A stretch of 59,369 nt of DNA from Candidatus Gottesmanbacteria bacterium (GTDB lineage: Bacteria > Patescibacteriota > Microgenomatia > UBA10105 > UBA927), in NCBI GenBank assembly GCA_043798445.1, contig JAZDOQ010000016.1:1-59369 (forward strand), in the 5' to 3' direction. The translations under genes were made by a program, and so were the position numbers. The stretch's first letter is position 1, and each line of letters starts with the position of its first letter. Positions 48,386-57,256 of the stretch are shown one piece after another. The notes under the pieces are model-generated. The model was not told where the DNA came from, ran no database searches, and was given only the letters and a program-made list of their open reading frames with translations.

Positions 48386-49068
48386 AAAAGTTATCAATTA
48401 TCATGCCGGTATATAACGAAGAAAAAACTATTGATGAAATACTAAAGCGGGTATGTGAGATGAAATTACCTTTATGGGAGAAAGAAATATTTGTGATTGA
48501 TGACGGTTCAAATGACGGAACAAGAGAAAAATTAAAAAAATGGGAAAAAATAGTTAAGGTTATCTATAAGGAAAAAAATGAAGGGAAAGGAAGTGCGATT
48601 AGTATTGGATTTTCTAAGGCAACAGGGGATATCATTCTTATTCAGGATGCCGATTTAGAATATAGCCCATCAGATTACCCGATTCTTTTATCGCCTTTTG
48701 ATAATGACAAGATAGACGTGGTGTACGGATCACGATTTTTAGGAGCTCATCTTTCAACGATGTTTGTGTATGCACAAGGCAATAAGTTTGTTACATTCGT
48801 TACGAATATCTTATTTAATACCAACATAACGGATATGGAAACAGGATTTAAGGTAATGAGAAAACATGTCATTGATGGCATGACGATTCATGCAAAACGG
48901 TTTGATATGGAGCCGGAAATTACTGCAAAGATTTTAAAAAAAGGCTGTCAAATATATGAAGTACCGATTTCATATTTCGGCAGAAAGTTTTCTGACGGGA
49001 AGAAACTGACATGGAGAGATGGAATCATAGCTCTTTTGACGCTCATTAAATATCGATTCGTTAATTGA
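48382..49068 (+). CDS. GT2 glycosyltransferase, DPM1/CsbB-like polyprenyl-phosphate sugar synthase candidate
   Basis: GTG start overlapping the upstream TGA (GTGA). Motifs LSIIMPVYNEE, IDDGSNDGT, QDADLEYSP and VYGSRF. Confidence 0.7.
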   Translation: MKKLSIIMPVYNEEKTIDEILKRVCEMKLPLWEKEIFVIDDGSNDGTREKLKKWEKIVKVIYKEKNEGKGSAISIGFSKATGDIILIQDADLEYSPSDYPILLSPFDNDKIDVVYGSRFLGAHLSTMFVYAQGNKFVTFVTNILFNTNITDMETGFKVMRKHVIDGMTIHAKRFDMEPEITAKILKKGCQIYEVPISYFGRKFSDGKKLTWRDGIIALLTLIKYRFVN

Positions 49069-49070
49069 TC

Positions 49071-50330
49071 ATGAAAATAAAGGGACTTATTAAAAAAATT
49101 ACCTCCCATGCGTTAGCACGAGACAGTGCCATTATGTTTGCGGGCTCCATGTCAGCTAATGTTGCTTCATATATATATCACTTGTTGATGGGGAGACTGT
49201 TGGGGCCAAATGGGTATGGTGAACTATCTTCGCTTCTTTCCATTTTCTATATTTTTTCCGTTCCGTTAAACGTCGGCGCCTTAGTATTGGTAAAGTTCAT
49301 ATCCGGATTTAAGGCGAAAGGAGAAGTGGGGCAGGCAAAATCATTGTTTTTACGGGTGACGAAATCATCAGTTATATTGTGCATCGTTCTTTTGCCGATT
49401 ATAGTACTTGTTTCACCTGTTATTACCGCATATCTTCATATTCAATCATCCGTGATGTTTATCATCGTCTATCTTATATTTGTTTTTTCCCTTCTTGGTG
49501 TCATTATGGGAAGTGTTCTTCAGGGGTATCAAAAATTTATGTGGGTGAGCGTGCTTGGAGCAGGGTCGATTATCCTTAAACTTTTATTGAGCATTCCCGC
49601 GGTGCAATTTAATGTCATGGGCGTTTTAATGGCAACGTTGGTATCCGGCGTCATCATGTATCTGTTGTATTTTTGGCCTCTTCGATTCTTATTTCGATTT
49701 CCATCGTTGCCTATAAAACTTACCAAACGTGAAGCGTTTGGATTTGCCGTTCCGACATTATTCATAACGCTCGGGATGACCTCGATCTATTCAACGGATA
49801 TGATTTTGGTACGGCATTATTTTCAGTCAGTTGATGCGGGCATATATGCATCACTTGCGGTGTTGGGAAAAATAATTTTTTACGCCTCATCCGTTTTGGC
49901 AACTGTTTTTTATCCGGTGCTTTCCGAACGGACCGCAAAAGGGGAAAAGACAAGCAATCTTGTTGGTATAGGGCTTATGAGTGTAACGGTTATTTCATCT
50001 GCCATTACACTGTTTTACTTCTTGTTTCCTGATTTTATTATAAAAATGCTTTTTGGCTCGTTATATGTAGGAGGAGCACCACTTCTTGGAATATTTGGTA
50101 TATTCCTCGTGCTGTATTCTATCGGAAATATGTTTACAGTGACGTTCCTTGCTACAGGGAAAACAAAAATTTGGATTATTCCCGTTGTTTGTGCATTACT
50201 TCAAATTATAGGTATATCGTTCATTCATCAAAATATTTTACAGGTTATATATATTAATATTGGTATCTCGACCCTGCTTGTTATTGGTCTTGGAGTGTAT
50301 TATCTACATAATAAAGCGATTACAGCATGA
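49071..50330 (+). CDS. Oligosaccharide/polysaccharide flippase (MOP/Wzx-like)
   Basis: About 12 hydrophobic helices. N-terminal pattern ARDSAIMFAGSMSANVASYIYHLLMGRLLGPNGYGEL is typical of MOP flippases. ATG 49071 is preferred; TTG 49065 is the alternative. Confidence 0.65.
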   Translation: MKIKGLIKKITSHALARDSAIMFAGSMSANVASYIYHLLMGRLLGPNGYGELSSLLSIFYIFSVPLNVGALVLVKFISGFKAKGEVGQAKSLFLRVTKSSVILCIVLLPIIVLVSPVITAYLHIQSSVMFIIVYLIFVFSLLGVIMGSVLQGYQKFMWVSVLGAGSIILKLLLSIPAVQFNVMGVLMATLVSGVIMYLLYFWPLRFLFRFPSLPIKLTKREAFGFAVPTLFITLGMTSIYSTDMILVRHYFQSVDAGIYASLAVLGKIIFYASSVLATVFYPVLSERTAKGEKTSNLVGIGLMSVTVISSAITLFYFLFPDFIIKMLFGSLYVGGAPLLGIFGIFLVLYSIGNMFTVTFLATGKTKIWIIPVVCALLQIIGISFIHQNILQVIYINIGISTLLVIGLGVYYLHNKAITA

Positions 50331-51118
50331 AACTATTCAGTCTGATCATCCCTGTTTATAAACAAGGAAAAACACTTAAACGCGATATTGAATCAATTAT
50401 CGACGTTTTGAAGGCGTTAGCAATTCCGTATGAAATTATTCCGGTAATTGATGGGTATCTCGATAACAGTCTTAAAGAAGCAAAAAAGGTAGCAGATATT
50501 CGGGTGAAACCTGTCGGATACGCGACAAACCGAGGAAAAGGATATGCGGTACGTTTTGGATTTGCACATGCATCAGGAGATGTTATTGGATTCATGGACG
50601 CAGGAGGAGATCTGAAAGCTAAAGCATTGCTTCCAATGCTTGCTCAATTTGAATTTCAAGATGCAGATGTAGTACTTGGAAGTAAACGACATCCGGATTC
50701 AAAAGTCGATTACCCAACGTACAGGAAAATTCTTTCATGGGTGTATCAAAAGTTTGTGAAAGTACTATTTGGGCTTGAAGTACGCGATACGCAAGTAGGA
50801 ATGAAATTGTATAGAAGAAAAGTGTTAGAAAATGTGTTACCAAGATTGTTAGTGAAACAGTTTGCGTTTGATATAGAGATTCTTGCAGTTGCATATCGTT
50901 TGGGATATCGAAAGATTTTTGAGTCGCCTATTGAGATAAATCTATTTTCTTCAAAAACGAGCATTGTCTGGTCAAGACTGTTTCGAGTTATTTACGACAT
51001 GATGAGTGATACTTTGGCTGTGTTTTACCGATTGAAGATACAGCGGTATTACGACGATGCTTCAAAACGGAAATGGCGGTTTGATCCGGAATTAAACTTC
51101 CGAATCAATATCGGATAG
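50327..51118 (+). CDS. GT2 glycosyltransferase, DPM1-like
   Basis: ATGA overlap. Motifs SLIIPVYKQ, NRGKGYAVRFG, MDAGGD, VLGSKRH and DTQVGMKLY. Confidence 0.7.
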   Translation: MKLFSLIIPVYKQGKTLKRDIESIIDVLKALAIPYEIIPVIDGYLDNSLKEAKKVADIRVKPVGYATNRGKGYAVRFGFAHASGDVIGFMDAGGDLKAKALLPMLAQFEFQDADVVLGSKRHPDSKVDYPTYRKILSWVYQKFVKVLFGLEVRDTQVGMKLYRRKVLENVLPRLLVKQFAFDIEILAVAYRLGYRKIFESPIEINLFSSKTSIVWSRLFRVIYDMMSDTLAVFYRLKIQRYYDDASKRKWRFDPELNFRINIG

Positions 51119-51119
51119 T

Positions 51120-52235
51120 ATGAAAATACTTCTATTAAATTGGCGTGATTTGACTCATCCACGAGCTGGTGGAGCGGAACTCGTGACAATGGAACATGCT
51201 AAAGGTTGGGTTAGAGCAGGTCATCGGGTGACTTGGGTCACTGGTTGGTATGGAGGGAAAAAAGAAGAGACGATTGAGGGGGTGTATATCGTCCGGCGCG
51301 CAGGATCTTTGACAATATATCTTTATGCTATGGTGTATATCCTCATAAATAGCCACTTTTTCGATGTCATTGTTGACGAAGCTCATGGTTTTCCTTTTTT
51401 TACGCCTCTTTTTACCAAAAAACCGGTTGTTTTGTTTATCCATGAAATAGCAGGTGAAATTTGGGATTACATGTTCTCATTCCCTAAAAATATTATCGGT
51501 AAGTTTTTGGAATCTTCTTACTTTCGTCTGTATAAACACTGTCACGTGTGGACTGATGCACCCTCAACAATCGATGAATTAGTTGAACGGGGAATTCCAA
51601 GAGATCATTGTATTGCGATTCCGTGTCCAATTGTTTCCAAAAGTCCTCTTAAAGGGATGTTAAAAAAAGAAAAAAATCCAACATATATTTTTGTTTCACG
51701 CGTTGTGCGTATGAAAGGTGTCGAAGAGGTTATTAAAGCATTTTCTTTTATATATCGTGAAGATCAAAAATCGAAACTTTGGATTGTCGGTGGCGGTGAA
51801 GACTCATATGTTAGGGAATTGAAAACAATGACAGAAGAATATGGTATTGGAAAAAATGTTCAATGGTTTGGAGTAGTTTCCGAACAAAAAAAATATGAGC
51901 TTATGACCAAGGCTCATCTTCTGCTTCACGCATCAGTGAAAGAAGGGTGGGGACTTGTGGTTCTTGAGGCTGTTTCTGTTGGCACGCCAGCTGTTGTTTA
52001 TAATGTGGGAGGACTTAAAGACGTGGTAAAGAACGGGATAACAGGTATTGTCATATCTGATAATTCACCGCTTCGGATGGCAGAAGCAGCGTTGAAACTT
52101 TATTCAGACAAAAAGATGTACAATCTGTATCAATCAAACGGAAAAAAACGGGTTGATAGCCTGAAATGGAAAAATGTTACCAGACAAAGCCTTTTGTTAT
52201 TAACGAAAGCCGCAAAGACAAAAACTGATATATGA
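51120..52235 (+). CDS. GT4 (GT-B fold) glycosyltransferase
   Basis: Motifs MKILLLNWRDLTHPRAGGAE and EGWGLVVLEAVSVGTPAVVY. Paralogue of 52504..53616. Confidence 0.8.
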   Translation: MKILLLNWRDLTHPRAGGAELVTMEHAKGWVRAGHRVTWVTGWYGGKKEETIEGVYIVRRAGSLTIYLYAMVYILINSHFFDVIVDEAHGFPFFTPLFTKKPVVLFIHEIAGEIWDYMFSFPKNIIGKFLESSYFRLYKHCHVWTDAPSTIDELVERGIPRDHCIAIPCPIVSKSPLKGMLKKEKNPTYIFVSRVVRMKGVEEVIKAFSFIYREDQKSKLWIVGGGEDSYVRELKTMTEEYGIGKNVQWFGVVSEQKKYELMTKAHLLLHASVKEGWGLVVLEAVSVGTPAVVYNVGGLKDVVKNGITGIVISDNSPLRMAEAALKLYSDKKMYNLYQSNGKKRVDSLKWKNVTRQSLLLLTKAAKTKTDI

Positions 52236-52456
52236 AGATATGGCTTCTTTTAGCGCCTTGTGTATACGGAGATAGTATCGGCTTGATTGCTTCCGACATC
52301 TACACAATTATTCCAACAGTTGTCATTGGATTTCGTATTGTTCAAAACGAAAACTTTTTACTCCAATGTTTTTTTGCACTCTATTTTGCGCAAAAATATA
52401 TTCAAGCACATAACACATCACTCCTGCCTGACAATCTAGACGATTGTTGCGTATAA
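52232..52456 (+). CDS. Hypothetical small protein (74 aa), doubtful
   Basis: The ATG forms an ATGA overlap with the upstream stop, as many real genes here do. Two weakly hydrophobic stretches and no recognisable motif. It fills most of the only large gap in the locus. Confidence 0.25.
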   Translation: MKIWLLLAPCVYGDSIGLIASDIYTIIPTVVIGFRIVQNENFLLQCFFALYFAQKYIQAHNTSLLPDNLDDCCV

Positions 52457-52503
52457 CGAACAATAACGGTACTATACGCGTTATTCATCAATTTAAATCA
52501 AAT

Positions 52504-53616
52504 ATGCGCATTTTAATTTTTAATTGGCGGGATATTCGTCACGACTGGGCGGGTGGTGGTGAGGTATATGTGCACGAGTTAGCTAAACGTTGGGTTAGGT
52601 TTGGGAATACAGTTACCTTATTTTGTGGACAAAACGTTGGAAAAAAACTTCCGGAAAGAGAAAAAATAGACGGGATTTTAATTCTCCGTCATGGTGGACG
52701 CTTCTCTGTTTATTTTTGGGCAATTTTTTATTATTTCAAGGAATTAAGAAATCACACAGATATCGTTGTTGATGTACAAAATGGAATACCTTTTTTTACC
52801 CCACTATTCAGCTTTAAACCAAAATTAGCCGTGGTCTACCATGTTCATGGTAAACAGTTTTTTATAGAATTACCTTTTCCAATAAACCTTATTGGGTATT
52901 TGGTGGAAAAATACGTGTTTCCTTTTTTATACGGAAGAATTGCTATACAGGCAATTTCTAAAAATACGAAAAGTGATTTAATTCATCTCGGACTACCTGC
53001 AAAAAATATTACTATTATCTATTGTGGTATGAATGGTCATGCAAAAAAGCTTATCACCATTCATAAATTTTCAAATCCAACAGTTTTATACTTAGGAAGA
53101 ATAAAAAAATATAAGAGGGTTGACTCGTTAGTTGCTGTTATGCAAAACGTCATTAGAGTCAAACCTAAAACGAAGCTAATTATCGCAGGTTGGGGAACAG
53201 AAGCATCTTCAGTTGTTAATTCGGCTATGATGAGTTCAATACGAAAACATATTCATATACTTGGTCCTGTTTCTGAATCAGAGAAAAAACAATTGCTTGC
53301 AAAATCGTGGGTTTTTGTTAATCCCTCGATTAATGAAGGGTGGGGAATTTCTGTTATTGAAGCTAATCTTTATGGAACGCCTGCGATTGCATATCGTGTT
53401 CAAGGTCTTCGCGAGTCAATTCGTCATGGAAAAACAGGTTTATTAGTAAAGGATGAAAAAAGTTTTTCTGATGCTATAATTACGTTGTTATCAAATACAA
53501 CTTTGCGAAATTCAATGGGGAAACGTGCAAAACTTTGGGCAGCAAAATTTAATTGGGATAAAGCATCGAAAAAAAGTTTACGTTTACTTGATTCTCTATA
53601 TCGAAGACACAAGTGA
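52504..53616 (+). CDS. GT4 (GT-B fold) glycosyltransferase
   Basis: ATG 52504 (MRILIFNWRDIRHDWAGGGE) parallels the N-terminus of 51120..52235. Motif EGWGISVIEANLYGTPAIAY. Confidence 0.8.
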   Translation: MRILIFNWRDIRHDWAGGGEVYVHELAKRWVRFGNTVTLFCGQNVGKKLPEREKIDGILILRHGGRFSVYFWAIFYYFKELRNHTDIVVDVQNGIPFFTPLFSFKPKLAVVYHVHGKQFFIELPFPINLIGYLVEKYVFPFLYGRIAIQAISKNTKSDLIHLGLPAKNITIIYCGMNGHAKKLITIHKFSNPTVLYLGRIKKYKRVDSLVAVMQNVIRVKPKTKLIIAGWGTEASSVVNSAMMSSIRKHIHILGPVSESEKKQLLAKSWVFVNPSINEGWGISVIEANLYGTPAIAYRVQGLRESIRHGKTGLLVKDEKSFSDAIITLLSNTTLRNSMGKRAKLWAAKFNWDKASKKSLRLLDSLYRRHK

Positions 53617-54485
53617 TATCAGAAAATACTGATATCATAAATTGTATGTTTGGATCAATATATTCAAATCATCTAGATTATTTAAAGAAATCATTTCGAG
53701 GGATGAATAAGGAATATCATAAGAAAGACAAGAATAAAGCCTCATTCGTCATGGATAAGCTTCAGCAGGCATATATAAAGATTTTTGGCATTCCAGAAAT
53801 AGGTTTTCAAATGAGATATTTTCATTTTAAAAAAACACTCGATATGTGTGGTGAAAAAAACTTGAATAGGATTCTTGACGCAGGGTGTGGAATCGGATGT
53901 TACACAGTTGCCCTTGCTCGTCAATTTAAAAATAGTGCCGTTGTTGGTGTTGATAATTCAAAGAGGAATGTACATATAGGGAAAACACTAGCTCGAGAAT
54001 TAAGATTATCTAATATAGTTTTTAAAACTGGTGATATTTCAAAAAGGACGCTTGAAAGGAAAAAATACGATTTTATTATTTGTATTGACGTGTTGGAGCA
54101 CATTGAGGAGTATCAAAGGGTTCTGAAGAATTTTTATCAAATGCTGAGACCAGGAGGGTATTTGTATATTCATGTACCGCAGATGCACCAAAAGCGTTTC
54201 TTTAAACGGTTCCAAACTTGGAGTCATGAAGGACATGTGAGAGAAGGATTTGTTCCGTCTATTTTTGATAGAGATTTGAAAAAAATCGGATTTCATAAAA
54301 TACGCGTATGGAATACATTTGGAACGATGGGAAGCATTGCATGGGAATTGAATCATCTGGCTTTGTCAAAAAGTTTTGTAATGACTGCATTAATTTATCC
54401 CCTTCTACTTCCGTTAGTCTTTCTTGATCGATTTATAATGAACAGAAAGGGATTAGCTGCGGCGTACCTATACAAAAAGATATGA
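53613..54485 (+). CDS. Class I SAM-dependent methyltransferase
   Basis: Motif I ILDAGCGIGCYTVALA, then DVLEHIEEY and LRPGGYLYIHVP. GTG 53613 overlaps the upstream TGA. An internal ATG is a possible alternative start. Confidence 0.75.
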   Translation: MISENTDIINCMFGSIYSNHLDYLKKSFRGMNKEYHKKDKNKASFVMDKLQQAYIKIFGIPEIGFQMRYFHFKKTLDMCGEKNLNRILDAGCGIGCYTVALARQFKNSAVVGVDNSKRNVHIGKTLARELRLSNIVFKTGDISKRTLERKKYDFIICIDVLEHIEEYQRVLKNFYQMLRPGGYLYIHVPQMHQKRFFKRFQTWSHEGHVREGFVPSIFDRDLKKIGFHKIRVWNTFGTMGSIAWELNHLALSKSFVMTALIYPLLLPLVFLDRFIMNRKGLAAAYLYKKI

Positions 54486-55504
54486 AAAGAAAAATATATC
54501 CAACAATCTCAATATTGACGATTACATACAATCCAAATCCGGCAGTTTTTACTCGTTCACTTGAGTCTATAAAAAAACAACACTATCCAAAAAACAAACT
54601 CGAACATATTATTGTCGATGGGGGGTCTAGAGAGTTAACGATACTTCTTGCAAAAAGGTATGGCTGCACAGTTATAATTCGGAAAGACCTTCGCGATCAA
54701 AGTGAAGCAAGACGGTCATACGCGGTAAAAAAAGCAAAGAATGAAATCATATTATGGTTAGAATCAGATAATATACTTGAGGATACAAATTCACTTTCTG
54801 AACTTGTTCAACCTTTCATAGATGATCCAAAAATCATCTCATCCTTTCCGCTTCACTATGGATATAACAAACATGGATCGATACTTGATCGGTACAGTGC
54901 TTTATTTGGAGGGTGTGATCCAGTAGTCCTTTATTTGAAAAAAACTGATAGAGAACCTTGGTATTCACAAAAATATTCAAAAGGGAAACTTATACGAAAG
55001 AAAAAGGCATATGAAGTGATTCAATTTGATGAGTCTACACTTCCGACGGTCGGGGATAACGGATTTCTGACACGCAGGTCGGTTCTACTTCAAGCTCATA
55101 TACGCCCTGAACAGTATGTGCATATCGATATATATATCGATTTATTGAAACTTGGATACAATCGCTTTGCAGTTGTTCATTCAACGTCAATAGAACACAT
55201 TATTGGAAATAGCCTTATACAACTTCTTCAAAAAAGAATGGTTTACGCGAAACGATTTTCATTATCACCCCATTTTAAGAATAGAAGATATTTTGTATAT
55301 AACAGCAATAGTATAAAAGATAAGGCGCGTTTACTTTTATTTGTGTTTTATAGTTTTACGTTTATACAACCGGTTTGGTTGTCGATTCGTGGATATATGA
55401 TGATCCGAGATCTGTCCTGGTTTTTGCATCCGATTGCTAGCTTTCTTTTTATGCTCTATTATATGAGAACAACATTGCTGTCTATAAATAAAACCAGCAA
55501 ATGA
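54482..55504 (+). CDS. GT2 glycosyltransferase with C-terminal membrane helices
   Basis: Motifs ISILTITYNP and IVDGGS, with ESDN in place of DxD. Two hydrophobic helices near the C-terminus (LLLFVFYSFTFIQPVWL, FLHPIASFLFMLYY). ATGA overlap. Confidence 0.7.
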   Translation: MKRKIYPTISILTITYNPNPAVFTRSLESIKKQHYPKNKLEHIIVDGGSRELTILLAKRYGCTVIIRKDLRDQSEARRSYAVKKAKNEIILWLESDNILEDTNSLSELVQPFIDDPKIISSFPLHYGYNKHGSILDRYSALFGGCDPVVLYLKKTDREPWYSQKYSKGKLIRKKKAYEVIQFDESTLPTVGDNGFLTRRSVLLQAHIRPEQYVHIDIYIDLLKLGYNRFAVVHSTSIEHIIGNSLIQLLQKRMVYAKRFSLSPHFKNRRYFVYNSNSIKDKARLLLFVFYSFTFIQPVWLSIRGYMMIRDLSWFLHPIASFLFMLYYMRTTLLSINKTSK

Positions 55505-55508
55505 AAAT

Positions 55509-56288
55509 ATGAAAACAGTCATTCTCTGCGGTGGGATAGGATATCGTCTTAAAGAAGAAACTGAATTTAAACCAAAACCAATGGTGCTAGTCGGAGGAAA
55601 ACCCATTCTTTGGCATATTATGAAAATGTATAGCCATTATGGGTTTAATGACTTTATCATCGCACTTGGATATAAAGGGAACCTTATCAAAGAATACTTT
55701 TTGAATCAGAAATATTTTTCACATGATTTTTCCTTATCTACGAAGTCTGGTGTGACTTCTATACATAAGAATAGAATAAGTGGAATTGCCGATGATTTTT
55801 ATATTACATTTGTTGATACAGGGGAATCTACATTACCAGGAGAACGAATTCTTCGAATGAAAAACTATATACCGGAAAGTGACAGGAATTTTATGGTTAC
55901 GTATGGTGATGGAGTATCTGATCTTAACATAGCAAAACTTGTTGCCTTTCATAAAAAGCAAAATACCATTGGTACGGTGACAGGGGTTCATCCTCGAAGC
56001 AAATACGGCCTTCTCTCTGTCAACGAACGCCACATCGTGCATTCATTCACAGAGAAGCCAGTTCTTGTGGATTGGGTGAATGGTGGATTTATGGTGTTTA
56101 AACGGAAAGCACTTAATTATTTCAAAGAAAATGAAATGGAGCATGAAGGATTGAAGCGTTTGATTGGTGAAAAACAACTTTCCTTATATATTCACGATAA
56201 GTTTTGGTTTGCCGTGGATACATATAAAGAACTGGAAGATCTCAATACAATGTGGACAAAACAGGAGTCTCCTTGGAAACTATGGTAA
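55509..56288 (+). CDS. rfbF: Glucose-1-phosphate cytidylyltransferase
   Basis: Characteristic N-terminus MKTVILCGGIGYRLKEETEFKPKPMVLVGGKPILWHIMKMYSHYGFNDFIIALGYKG, with length and C-terminal DTYKE..W motif typical of RfbF. Confidence 0.85.
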   Translation: MKTVILCGGIGYRLKEETEFKPKPMVLVGGKPILWHIMKMYSHYGFNDFIIALGYKGNLIKEYFLNQKYFSHDFSLSTKSGVTSIHKNRISGIADDFYITFVDTGESTLPGERILRMKNYIPESDRNFMVTYGDGVSDLNIAKLVAFHKKQNTIGTVTGVHPRSKYGLLSVNERHIVHSFTEKPVLVDWVNGGFMVFKRKALNYFKENEMEHEGLKRLIGEKQLSLYIHDKFWFAVDTYKELEDLNTMWTKQESPWKLW

Positions 56289-57235
56289 AACAAACGGTTG
56301 TTGTCACCGGTGGCGCCGGATTTATCGGGGGTCATCTCGTAGAACTTCTTTTGCAAAAAAAGTACAAAGTCATTGTTATTGATATTCAAAAACGTTGTAA
56401 ATCATACTTCTTTCTTAATAAATTGGATAAAAAGGTTGTCTATAAACGAGTAGATATACGAAAACAAAAGCAGGTAGAACGTTTTTTTGGATCGGTCCAC
56501 CCGGCGTATGTTATTCATCTTGCTGCACAGCCCATCGTTCAGGACGCGTATGATCGTCCGTACGATGTGTTTGATACGAATATTATGGGAACAGTAAACA
56601 TATTAGAGGCTTGCCGAAGAGACAAAAAGATAAAAAGAATTCTTGTTGCTTCCTCTGATAAAGCATACGGAAAAACAAAAAAGACCTATACAGAAAGCTC
56701 GCCGCTTCAAGGTGATCATCCATATGATGTGTCGAAATCCTGTGAGGATTTGATAGCCTACACGTACTTTAAAACATACAATTTGCCCGTTGTTATCACA
56801 AGATTCGGAAATGTGTACGGTGAAGGAGATGTACATTTTGATAGGTTAGTTCCGGGAATATGTGAATCTTTGATAACTAAGAAACCGTTTCAAATTCGAA
56901 GTGATGGAACCTATGTACGTGATTATATATATGTGAATGATGTAGCCGCTGGATATATGACACTTCTTGCAACAAAAAGAGATATTGAAGGAGAAGCGTT
57001 TAATTTTTCCTCAGATGATACGTATTCGGTGTTGAAATTAATCAAACAGGCGGAATTGTCATTGCATGTAAAGATCCCTTACGAGATAAAAAATACTGCA
57101 AAAAACGAAATTCCATATCAACATTTGAACGATACAAAAATTAGATTATTAGGGTGGAGAGGAAGGATGAAATTTGATAAGGTTTTTCCGAAAATTTTTA
57201 CATGGTATCTTAAAAATATTAGTAATGGTGGCTAA
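56282..57235 (+). CDS. rfbG: CDP-glucose 4,6-dehydratase-like extended SDR
   Basis: Motifs VTGGAGFIGGHLV and SSDKAYG, with catalytic PYDVSK (YxxxK). Lies immediately after rfbF with a 7-nt overlap. Assignment as CDP- rather than dTDP-specific rests on the SDKxY motif and context. Confidence 0.6.
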   Translation: MVKQTVVVTGGAGFIGGHLVELLLQKKYKVIVIDIQKRCKSYFFLNKLDKKVVYKRVDIRKQKQVERFFGSVHPAYVIHLAAQPIVQDAYDRPYDVFDTNIMGTVNILEACRRDKKIKRILVASSDKAYGKTKKTYTESSPLQGDHPYDVSKSCEDLIAYTYFKTYNLPVVITRFGNVYGEGDVHFDRLVPGICESLITKKPFQIRSDGTYVRDYIYVNDVAAGYMTLLATKRDIEGEAFNFSSDDTYSVLKLIKQAELSLHVKIPYEIKNTAKNEIPYQHLNDTKIRLLGWRGRMKFDKVFPKIFTWYLKNISNGG

Positions 57236-57256
57236 TCCTCATTACATATATGATAT

